Assembly (NCBI GenBank): GCA_963708295.1
Contig: CAVPSJ010000015.1
Coordinates: 64,001 to 128,000, forward strand
Reading direction: 5' to 3'
Source of the DNA: an uncultured delta proteobacterium
Lineage (GTDB): Bacteria; Desulfobacterota; BSN033; UBA1163
DNA: 64,000 bases
Below are positions 9,864-18,131 of the stretch, in pieces (position 1 is the first letter of the stretch; every line of letters begins with the position of its first letter). The notes beneath the pieces are model-generated. The model saw nothing but the letters and a program-made list of their open reading frames with translations. It was not told where the DNA came from and did no database searches. The translations under genes were made by a program, and so were the position numbers.

Positions 9864-10851
9864 CGTTCTCCCCCTCCTTTAGGAATCCGTTCTTGCTCAT
9901 CCATTCGTCATTGTATATCTTGCTGCGGTAGCGATCGCCGGAGTCGGGCAGAATGACAACGATTTGCTTGTCAGGATCGACAGAGGCAGCGAGCTTTAAC
10001 GCTGCCCATATGGCACTTCCACTCGACCCTCCGGCAAAAATTCCCTCTTCTCTGGCCAGTCTTCTGGCCATGAGGAAAGAATTCTTATCGTTCACCTGAA
10101 TGATATCGTCGATCAGGCTGAAATCAACAGCTTTCACTAAGTAGTCCTCGCCGATTCCTTCTACCTGATAGACGTGGGGGCGTGGCAATTTTCCGGTTTT
10201 GAAATATTCGTAGAAAACCGAGCCTTTGGGGTCGACAGCAATGACTTTGGTATTCGTTTTTTTCTCCTTCAGGTACTTTCCGGCTCCGCTCAGGGTGCCG
10301 CCGGTTCCGATGCCTGCCACCAGATAATCGATCTGCCCTCCGGTCTGTTCCCAGATTTCCGGTCCGGTGGTATGGTAATGGGCCTCGATATTCTTAGGGT
10401 TGTTGTATTGATCCGGGTACCAGGCCTTCGGCGTTTGGGCAGCGATTCTTCTGGCGACGCTGTAATAACTTTGAGGAGAATCGGGAGGAACGTCCGTTGG
10501 AGTAACAATGACCTCTGCCCCGAGGGCCATCATAAAGTTTTTCTTTTCATCACTCATTTTATCCGGCATGGTAATGATGCATCGGTATCCCTTCACTGCG
10601 GCGATCATCGCCAGGGCAGCGCCGGTATTGCCCGAGGAACCCTCCACGATCGTGCCGCCGGGCTTCAACAGTCCGCTTCTTTCCGCATCCTCGACCATGT
10701 AAAGGGCCATGCGGTCTTTCACGCTGCCCGTGGGATTGAAATACTCCAGTTTTGCCCACAGAATAGGCCGGATATCCTTTGCGACGTGAACCAGCCGGAC
10801 CAGAGGCGTGTTTCCTACGGTGTCGAGTATATTTGGGGTTAGTTTCGCCAT
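9853..10851 (-). CDS. Cystathionine beta-synthase / cysteine synthase family (PLP), no CBS-domain tail
   Basis: GNTPLV, KLEYFNPTGSVKDR, SSGNTG, GIGTGGT, VEGIG, PDSGDRYRSK. Confidence 0.9.
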   Translation of the reverse strand: MAKLTPNILDTVGNTPLVRLVHVAKDIRPILWAKLEYFNPTGSVKDRMALYMVEDAERSGLLKPGGTIVEGSSGNTGAALAMIAAVKGYRCIITMPDKMSDEKKNFMMALGAEVIVTPTDVPPDSPQSYYSVARRIAAQTPKAWYPDQYNNPKNIEAHYHTTGPEIWEQTGGQIDYLVAGIGTGGTLSGAGKYLKEKKTNTKVIAVDPKGSVFYEYFKTGKLPRPHVYQVEGIGEDYLVKAVDFSLIDDIIQVNDKNSFLMARRLAREEGIFAGGSSGSAIWAALKLAASVDPDKQIVVILPDSGDRYRSKIYNDEWMSKNGFLKEGENDGI

Positions 10852-10926
10852 TTCTCGCCTCGATTTGATTCTAATACAAACGCATTAAAAATGAGATGCT
10901 CAAAAGATTTCATGACAAGAAAAGGT

Positions 10927-10955
10927 ATGTCATTCCGAACTTGTTTCGGAATCTC
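10927..10955. repeat. Short palindromic element of the TGTCATT-type family
   Basis: TGTCATTCCGAACTTGTTTCGGAATCTC hairpin; same start as the element at 49770. Confidence 0.4.
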
Positions 10956-11168
10956 GACTTTGGGAATAACAACGAATTCATTGCGTTTGTAATAGTATAA
11001 ATCCAGTTGAATGTAGATGAGGTCGGAACGTGCTGTCGAAATGGGGTGTTTTTGATTTTGAAATAAAGTGTTTTCCCCATATACTTTTACGATCCACTCG
11101 AAGATAATGGTCCGAGTACTCGCAGGAAAGAGCTTTGGACACAAACCTTTAACGAAAGGAGACGATCT

Positions 11169-11717
11169 ATGGAAATGCATGAGGTCATCGCAAAGAGGAG
11201 GACCATTCGGGTTTTTAAGAAGAAAGCTTCGGAAGAGCAGATCAAGAAAATTATTCTGGCCGGCACCCAGGCGCCATCCGCCGGAAATTCTCAGCCCTGG
11301 GAGTTTATTATCATCGATGATCAAAAGACGATCGATCAGATTGCGGAACGGAAGTATCAGCTTAGCTTAACGATGCCTCCTCCCCCTGGCCAAGGACAGG
11401 ACAAAGTTCAAGAGAGGGCAGTCGGTCAGAGGAAATCATTCGAGAATGCGAGTGCTGTCGCAGTCTGCTATCAAGATGGGTCGTCGGCAAGTGCCTGGCT
11501 TTGCATCGAAAATATGTCTTTGGCTGCGGTTGCCGATGGGTTGGGAAGCGGGATCGTGGTCTTCTGGGGGGAGCAGGAGAAGGAGGTTAAGAAAATCCTT
11601 GGTATTCCAGAGGATTATGAGTTAGCGGCCGTTCTTAAGATCGGGGAGCCGGGGGAGAAGCCCTCTCCTCCTCCGAAGCGACCCGAATTCAGTTGGTTAC
11701 ACAAGAACAGGTTTTGA
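11169..11717 (+). CDS. Nitroreductase family protein
   Basis: KRRTIRVF, APSAGNSQPWEFII, IENMSLAAVADGLGS. Confidence 0.9.
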   Translation: MEMHEVIAKRRTIRVFKKKASEEQIKKIILAGTQAPSAGNSQPWEFIIIDDQKTIDQIAERKYQLSLTMPPPPGQGQDKVQERAVGQRKSFENASAVAVCYQDGSSASAWLCIENMSLAAVADGLGSGIVVFWGEQEKEVKKILGIPEDYELAAVLKIGEPGEKPSPPPKRPEFSWLHKNRF

Positions 11718-11775
11718 TCGGGGAATATTTCGCCTATTGGGTTGGTTTTAGTGGAATAAAAATCATGGGGGAGGC

Positions 11776-12348
11776 TTATTTCTTCGAAACAAACGGATTT
11801 CCTTTGATGTAGAACCGCAAAAGCCTCTTTTGCCAGTGTTTGGCGTAGGCGACACCGACCCGCGGCCGCTTGACGATGGTCAAAGGCTCTTCTTCCGGCG
11901 GATCGGCGATATAGAAATCGTCGCTGACCAGGTCGTGTCCGTTGAGGCGCCTGTCGATGTGCATTGCCTTGCAGAGCAATCCAGGGCCCTGGGTTCGGCC
12001 ATCGATATTTTTCGCCGGCTCGACGGCCCGCAACAACACCGCGGATGCATGCCCTTCCTGTTCCGTCACGACATTCATGCAGTAGTACATGCCGTAGATC
12101 ATATAGACGTACGCATACCCAGGCGGACCGAACATGACTTTCGTTCGTTTGGTCAGGCCTTTCGCAGAATGCGCGGCGAGATCATGCGGCCCGAGGTAGG
12201 CCTCATCTTCCACGATCCTGCCGATGCGTTCCAGGCCGTCCGATAGGTGAACCAGGTATTTCCCGAGCAACTCCCTGGCCACGATGATCGTATCCCGGTC
12301 ATAGAATGCACGGTCCAGTCTTTGAAGATGTGCTCCCATCAGTCTCAT
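11776..12348 (-). CDS. mpg: DNA-3-methyladenine glycosylase (MPG/AAG family)
   Basis: VARELLGK, GRIVEDEAY, MFGPPGYAYVYMIYGMYYCMNVV, AVLLRAVEP, GPGLLC. Confidence 0.9.
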   Translation of the reverse strand: MRLMGAHLQRLDRAFYDRDTIIVARELLGKYLVHLSDGLERIGRIVEDEAYLGPHDLAAHSAKGLTKRTKVMFGPPGYAYVYMIYGMYYCMNVVTEQEGHASAVLLRAVEPAKNIDGRTQGPGLLCKAMHIDRRLNGHDLVSDDFYIADPPEEEPLTIVKRPRVGVAYAKHWQKRLLRFYIKGNPFVSKK

Positions 12349-12399
12349 TTATCTATCTGCGAAATGACAGTGAAGTGATGAAGGTGGGAAAGGCTAATG

Positions 12400-12570
12400 T
12401 TGGAGCCCACGGACGGATTTGACCGGCAAATTCCCCGTAAGCCCGCCTTGCAGGCGGGTACAGGTGAATCAATATAAATGAGATTTCGTCTCCGGGAAGC
12501 TCCTTCTTGTGGGGAGGGAGCCTTCACGTACAAATCGTTGCTCAACGATGACATCATGCACTGAGGATTA
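12400..12570 (-). repeat. att-like junction 1: duplicated tRNA-Thr 3' end split by a miniature element, plus arm sequence
   Basis: TTGGAGCCCACGGACGGATTTGA equals 21558-21580; TACAAATC at 12529-12536 equals 21598-21605 (anticodon arm). Confidence 0.75.
12419..12527. mobile_element. Palindromic miniature element with IS200/IS605-like termini
   Basis: Hairpins CCCGCCTTGCAGGCGGG and GAAGCTCC...GGAGCCTTC; ends TTCAC on + and CCGGTCAA on -. Confidence 0.5.
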
Positions 12571-12650
12571 TTGTCAGAAATCATGTATCCCGTGTGAAGA
12601 TATCGAAATCAATCCTCGCTTTTTTGAGGAAACAGAAGGTTGAAGGGATA

Positions 12651-12688
12651 GCACATCGGGGGCAGTCTGCTAACTGCCCCCGATGTGC
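12651..12688 (-). terminator. Perfect 16-bp-stem hairpin downstream of the Ysc84-domain gene
   Basis: GCACATCGGGGGCAGT-ctgcta-ACTGCCCCCGATGTGC; no clear U-tract. Confidence 0.5.
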
Positions 12689-12727
12689 GAGGATGAACCA
12701 CTGTCTTCCCTTACGTTGCCCTCTTAG

Positions 12728-13297
12728 CTATCTAACCAATTTGGTAAACTTCGCCCCTTCGACTGTCGCTGCTGCCATCGCTCCCTTCTGACCAAAGACA
12801 AAACCGACAATGGGCTCCTTCATACTTGCGGTGTCAAGGGATTTGTCCGCCCCAACGTCTACGAAGGCTACTGTCGCATCGACCCCTGCCTTCCAGCCAG
12901 AACTGGTGCGAAATTTCTTAAGGGCTTCGTCTTTCATAAATACAAGTATTAAGTTCATCTTTTCGGCACCGACCTGAAGTCCGACCGAACCAGCCGCAAT
13001 GCTATAATATTCAACAGTCTTTCCGCCAATCCTCAGAGCACCCTCACCGTATTGGCCTCCCACGCCAAGTCCTGCCTTCACAATGTTTGGCATAACAAGC
13101 ACACCTTTTGAGGCATTAAGAAATTCCTTTCCGCCTTTTACCTGCTGGGAGAAAAGCTTCAGAGCTTCATTCACCTCTCCATTGATCTCCTTCGCCGTTT
13201 TCGCGTAGGAAGATATGGATAGAAAAGGACTGAGAATAAGTGCCAAACATGCAACCATCCAAAAGATTTTTCCCCTGAAGTGCTTCATCGTCTCCAT
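12728..13297 (-). CDS. Ysc84/SYLF lipid-binding domain secreted protein
   Basis: GVLVMPNIVKAGLGVGGQYGEGAL, AGSVGLQVGA, FVFGQKG; signal peptide; AAGGAGG RBS. Confidence 0.85.
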   Translation of the reverse strand: METMKHFRGKIFWMVACLALILSPFLSISSYAKTAKEINGEVNEALKLFSQQVKGGKEFLNASKGVLVMPNIVKAGLGVGGQYGEGALRIGGKTVEYYSIAAGSVGLQVGAEKMNLILVFMKDEALKKFRTSSGWKAGVDATVAFVDVGADKSLDTASMKEPIVGFVFGQKGAMAAATVEGAKFTKLVR

Positions 13298-13522
13298 ATT
13301 TTACCTCCTTTAGAATAGTTTGCTCGTCTATTTCTTACCTTTATGCTTTTCGTTATGTATTAAGATCAACTGCAGCCTCGCCCTTACGGGCAAATCCATT
13401 CCATCTACTGCTAACGCTACTTGGAAGCCTTCGTGAGGTCCCGTGCACCGCAAGCCCTTCGCTGAGCTTCCTCCAGCTTCCAGCTTTTGGTCTGATCATG
13501 GAAAGTTTTTCCCTGGCCTGCA

Positions 13523-14026
13523 CTACAGGACGAGCGGCACTTGAGCTGCAAGCTCGTACTTCACGGCGGCCCGGATCTTGTTCTCGATCTGCAGGTACCG
13601 GGCCACCTTCTTTTCAGGCAGCACCTTACGCAGCTTAGGAACAGAGGAAGTCTTGAGTCCTGCCTCAGCCTGCTCGATGGCGACCAATTCATCAATAAGC
13701 TTCTTAGCCTTCTCGTCGGTGAGGGTGCTTTCCCGATAGTCTGCGGCATAGCTCTCGATAAGGTTAAGGATGCGCCGGTTGATCGCGGCCAGATCCTTCT
13801 GATACTGCTCGTAGACCGGCCAGAAACCCTTCGCCTCTGATTCCGTCAGTTCCATGTTTGCCTCAACAAGGAGCTTCTTGTCCACCTTGATCTTCTCGAG
13901 CAAGATTTGCATGTCGCCAGCCAGCTTGCCCTGCGACCGCGCAGAGATGGGGAAAGCGGCGATAACTACCATCAATGCGGTTACAGAGAGTAGTGCCCAT
14001 AATGCTTTAACAGTTCTTGTGCTCAT
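13523..14026 (-). CDS. Hypothetical periplasmic helical protein (Spy/CpxP-like)
   Basis: Signal peptide; MELTESEAKGFWPVYEQY motif; AAGGAGG RBS before ATG 14026. Confidence 0.7.
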   Translation of the reverse strand: MSTRTVKALWALLSVTALMVVIAAFPISARSQGKLAGDMQILLEKIKVDKKLLVEANMELTESEAKGFWPVYEQYQKDLAAINRRILNLIESYAADYRESTLTDEKAKKLIDELVAIEQAEAGLKTSSVPKLRKVLPEKKVARYLQIENKIRAAVKYELAAQVPLVL

Positions 14027-14410
14027 ACTTGCCTCCTTATTGATTCGATTTTTTCCCATATGAAGTCTCGTAGCCTCCTTTGGTCTTCTAATAGGATAAA
14101 AAGAAGTGGAGCCGGTGTCTATTGGACTTTGGTCTTATATGAGCGGCAAGTAGCAAGCGCCGGGGGGACAAAGTGTCTTTGGAATTAGCTAACTATTCGA
14201 CAAAGGGAGTAGGGAGTCAAGAAAGGAAGGGCGCCGATGATGACCGATTCAAATCGTGTATATTTTGACAAAATGCTGAGTCATTGACTTCCTTAGAAGA
14301 GGAAGCACTAAAGAAAATCTTGCGTTATGTTCCTCTTGGCGAAGTCCCACCTGAAAGGTTACTATAATAGCAAACCATAAGGCGTAAATTGCAGATAGGG
14401 AGGTATACCA

Positions 14411-14887
14411 ATGGAACCTCAAAAAACGAACAAGGATGTTATGACCTCAGATTTTTCTACAATAAAGGCGGATGACAACCTTAAGGAGGCCTTTGAAGGC
14501 ATCAAGAAAATGCTGGAAAAGTCTCCTCATTCGCCCGGGCTGATTGTTATCGAAAATGAGGGAAATTATGCGGGCGTATTGACTCTTGCCGATTTTATGA
14601 ATGAACTTCGTAAACTTTATCGTGACGCTTGCGACAAGACCGGGGGAAAGGAATCGATGGCGAGTTTATTCAGCGAGTGCGAAATTATGGGAATAAAGAA
14701 AGTCTATGAAATCACGAGCGGTAAACGTCTGTCGATTAAATCTGGTGATAGCTTTGAAAAAGCCTGCGAATTGATCCTGCACAAAAAGCTAGACATACTG
14801 GCAGTAGTTGATGAAAAGTCAATCCCAGTGGGGATCATAACCCGGAGACATGTGTTGACCGAGATAGGTTCCAGAATGTTCAAATGA
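14411..14887 (+). CDS. CBS-domain pair protein
   Basis: KDVMTSDF, YAGVLTLAD, LAVVDE...VGIITRRHVL; GGAGG RBS. Confidence 0.8.
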   Translation: MEPQKTNKDVMTSDFSTIKADDNLKEAFEGIKKMLEKSPHSPGLIVIENEGNYAGVLTLADFMNELRKLYRDACDKTGGKESMASLFSECEIMGIKKVYEITSGKRLSIKSGDSFEKACELILHKKLDILAVVDEKSIPVGIITRRHVLTEIGSRMFK

Positions 14888-14959
14888 ATATGCAGAGCAG
14901 GGCAACGGGTTAAGGGTCTGGATTTTTTCGCTTTAACCCTTTTTTTATCGAGCGAGGAT

Positions 14960-15043
14960 CGTGGAAAGATTTGGGCAACACACCCTTTCACCACAAGTCG
15001 TTGCTCAACGATGACATCTTGAGTTGAGGATTACTGCTTGGAA
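14960..15043 (-). repeat. att-like junction 2: decayed tRNA-Thr segment plus arm shared with junction 1
   Basis: 14993-15033 matches 12530-12570 at 36/41; 14960-14999 aligns ungapped to tRNA 21566-21605 at 24/40. Confidence 0.55.
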
Positions 15044-15057
15044 GGTTGAATAGAGAA

Positions 15058-15085
15058 AAGGCAGGGGTGCTATCAGCCCTGCCTT
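15058..15085 (-). terminator. Probable intrinsic terminator
   Basis: AAGGCAGGG...CCCTGCCTT stem with an A-run on + (U-run on -), downstream of 15122..16387. Confidence 0.55.
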
Positions 15086-15121
15086 CACGTCTCTCGTTCT
15101 CACTTCCTCCTGGAATTTGTT

Positions 15122-16387
15122 TTATTTAGTCACCTGGATCGAGTTATTGGAACCAAGGTCGTTCACCTTACAAGCACGGCCAATAAACAAATTATTGGAA
15201 GCACCCTTTTCAAAAACAACATCAGCTGTTAATGCTTTGAATTTGCTTAAATCATTATCTGTAAAAACATTTTTACTTCCCTTCAAAGGTTTCCATGATC
15301 CAACTACGATTCCTGGTTGACTGCTCGAACCCTCTATTTTGTTGAATGCGATGTATCCATCGGAAGAGCGAATACCCAAGGAACGGGCTTCTGTTCCCTC
15401 TGTGAAAATGGCATTATTGACAACCACAACCCCATCTGAGAAGGTGGCAATACCAAAAGAAGTTTTACCACGAGTCCTGATGCTGTTATTAACGATAATA
15501 TGTTTAATGTTTCTTTGTGGATCAATGCAACCTGAAAGGTCAAGGAACCACCCAGCCATGATACCATTGGGAGTTTGTGGTGAAGGAACAGGCAATCCCT
15601 CTGTAGCTGGAATGAGTTTATTATCTTTCATGATAATCATCCCACTTCCATCGCTGCCAAGATAATTGTCTAAGACCTCTATAGAATTCCTCGCACAATT
15701 AATAACGGTATTCCGTTGAATTTGTGCACTAATCCCTGTTGTCCAATCGACTATCACTCCTTGAGCCATCGTCTTCGTAGGAACATTATTAGTCAAATCA
15801 ATGTCATTGTCCTCGATGATTAGATTTCCTGTGATAAGGTTGGGTATATACTTCCTGGTCTGTACCGGTTGAGCATAAGCAGGGGTGCATACTATCCCTT
15901 GTTGGCGATTCAATCCTGGTTTACCAAATATAGATTCGTCCATAAATTGGGGTCTGATATTCGTCATCTTGTTATTGGATATGGTTGCACCACTGCTGTA
16001 CGCTAAATAAACTGGAGTCCATAGGGCTCCATCAAAATGGATGCTCTGGATTGTGATTTTGGGGCCTTGGACTTCGGGTGGTAATTTAGTCGGCAGAGGG
16101 CTATGGAAATTAAAAAATCCCCCTTTGATCTTTGTGACAGGCTTTCCTCCGATATCTGTTTCACCGACAATCTTAACATCTTTGGTTATGTTCACCCTGC
16201 CTTTATCCCCAAAGTCAAAGGTTTCTTTCAGATTAATAGTTCCCCCTTGATCGACAGCTTTTTGAACTGCTTGGACGTCAATCGTTGGATTATTTTGGCC
16301 AACAATTGTGATTTGGGCTTCTGCTGAAGTAAAAGAAAAGATTGTCATCACCATAAACAAGGAAATAATTATTCTTCGCAGCATCAC
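15122..16387 (-). CDS. Secreted right-handed beta-helix (pectin lyase-like/NosD-like) protein
   Basis: Signal peptide ending AEA; VQKAVDQGGTI start; repeated IxNN/IxxNxI motifs; AT-rich. Confidence 0.7.
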   Translation of the reverse strand: MMLRRIIISLFMVMTIFSFTSAEAQITIVGQNNPTIDVQAVQKAVDQGGTINLKETFDFGDKGRVNITKDVKIVGETDIGGKPVTKIKGGFFNFHSPLPTKLPPEVQGPKITIQSIHFDGALWTPVYLAYSSGATISNNKMTNIRPQFMDESIFGKPGLNRQQGIVCTPAYAQPVQTRKYIPNLITGNLIIEDNDIDLTNNVPTKTMAQGVIVDWTTGISAQIQRNTVINCARNSIEVLDNYLGSDGSGMIIMKDNKLIPATEGLPVPSPQTPNGIMAGWFLDLSGCIDPQRNIKHIIVNNSIRTRGKTSFGIATFSDGVVVVNNAIFTEGTEARSLGIRSSDGYIAFNKIEGSSSQPGIVVGSWKPLKGSKNVFTDNDLSKFKALTADVVFEKGASNNLFIGRACKVNDLGSNNSIQVTK

Positions 16388-16869
16388 AATCCCCCCTCTC
16401 TGGTTTTAAGGTTTGAGAACTATTTCGTAACCTATTCTCGCATGTAATTTAATTTGTGGAAGGCAGGACTAAGTGAGGCACCTCCAAAGGGAAGATAAAC
16501 GCCCCTCTGGAGGCTTCATAGGGGCATCTTCTGGGAACTCCTTTTCATAACCCTCCCCAAAGGGTTTAGGGTTGTGTTGTTAGGTTATTTTACGGATAGG
16601 AATACGAGGAAAACTCTCACCCAGTTACTTTGCTATCAAAAAATGTTGGATTTGTCAATCGGAAAAAGTCTTGTGAAAACTATCTTTTGAGGATTACCGC
16701 TTGGAATCAGGTATAGCGGTGTGGGTTCTCGCCTTGAGGACTTCAGGATATTATCCTCGGTCGGACACGTCGTAATGTTCCCAAAATGGAGAGTTAGCCA
16801 GTCCAAGAATGATTGGGACATACCCCAAGGACTGATGATTTCTATCAAAAATTCATGGGGTCATATTGC

Positions 16870-17228
16870 TTATCTGCCATGTAGAATATCCATCCACCTA
16901 ATGGCCTCTGACTCACTCACCTTCCCCAAATAAGCCTGAGTCGTCTTCAGATCCTGATGCCTGAGAATCACTTTAGACACAATCTCCAAAGGAACCCCAT
17001 TTCTGCTGGCATATGTGGCAGAATATCTCCGAAGGTCATGAGGGGTTAAACGGATATGGAGATTTGAACCAAGCCTCTTAATCAAATACCTGGCAGTGGA
17101 ATAACAGATCGGGAAGAGACGATCATTAGCTTGAAGCCCCTGATCTTTGATGTAATCATTTAGCCTCTTTGCCACAGGTTCAGGCATGAATGCTACTTCT
17201 GCTTCTTTTCCTGACTTTGGCTCCCTTA
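16870..17228 (-). pseudogene. Tyrosine recombinase/integrase, 5'-truncated remnant
   Basis: PKSGK, TPHDLRR, LRHQDLKTTQAY catalytic motifs; N-terminal region and first Arg absent. Confidence 0.85.
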
Positions 17229-17270
17229 AAAAGACTCAAGTTATGCACCAACGAACTATCCCCGTGTTGG

Positions 17271-17645
17271 TTAAACAGATTCAACCAGTGCAAAAATTTC
17301 CTCCTGTGTTACTGAACCCTTAAAAAGTAAATAATCCGCCTTGCATTGGATCGAAGCCTCTCGATATTCTGGTAAGTCCCAACCCGAAAGAAGGGTGATG
17401 ATAATGTTTGGATATCGACCTTTTATTTTTTTGGTCAGAACCAGACCGTTTTCTCCAGGCAAGTTGATGTCCATAAAGATAAGATCAGGAGGTGACGTTT
17501 TGATTTTTTGTTTAGCCTTCTCCCCATCAGTTGCTTCATCAATGTCAATTGATGGAAATCGAACATGCAACACCTCTTTGAGAGATTGCCTAAAAAGAGC
17601 ACTGTCGTCAACGATTAATATCCTGAAAACTTTCAGTCTATCCAT
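17271..17645 (-). CDS. Single-domain response regulator
   Basis: ILIVDD, PDLIFMDINLPGENG, LFKG. Confidence 0.85.
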   Translation of the reverse strand: MDRLKVFRILIVDDSALFRQSLKEVLHVRFPSIDIDEATDGEKAKQKIKTSPPDLIFMDINLPGENGLVLTKKIKGRYPNIIITLLSGWDLPEYREASIQCKADYLLFKGSVTQEEIFALVESV

Positions 17646-18131
17646 CAGTTTTTAGCTTTTCCATTTCAGACTTTATCTCTCTCAGTGAGAATTGAAGCTG
17701 TTTTGTGCATAGTGCGTGTGTTACGGTCTTGTCTGAAAAAGGAGGCTTTAGCTCACTGAACTCTTCCCCACGAGCGGAACAATCACGCCTCCCACTTCAA
17801 ACTCTACAATTCGACATTCTGAAATACAATAAAGCGAATTCTTTATTTCACGTTAAGAAATACAGTATTTTTCAAACCACATTGCCTTCAATTACATCTT
17901 GGTAAATTGAGGAGGACTATTCAAAGAAACTGAGGGATGGAATTCTTGATTACCAATTGCAATCGAGCATGCTTAGCCAAAATGGCCCCTCGTGGATTTC
18001 AGGAAGAAAGTTCCAGGGGACTCTGGGGTTTTTTCATTTGGGGAGGGTGGAGGCGACAGCAGACCCCCCAATGACCCCCCGAAAGTGAATCAGGAAAAAC
18101 AGGCATGCCAGCCTGACCCCGCGTTTCCGAT

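Noticed and set aside
12400-12422. Second tRNA-Thr gene
   Set aside because: Only the last 23 nt plus an 8-nt anticodon piece are present; no cloverleaf can form.
13320-13510. Possible ncRNA or IS remnant between two minus-strand genes
   Set aside because: Only a small GCCC-TTAC-GGGC hairpin; no recognisable family or second copy.
16520-16560. 10-codon ORF with RBS (MKRSSQKMPL) upstream of the beta-helix gene
   Set aside because: Too short and no attenuator signature; could arise by chance.
16870-17228. Active prophage or integrase
   Set aside because: Only the C-terminal ~120 codons remain and no phage structural or replication genes are present.
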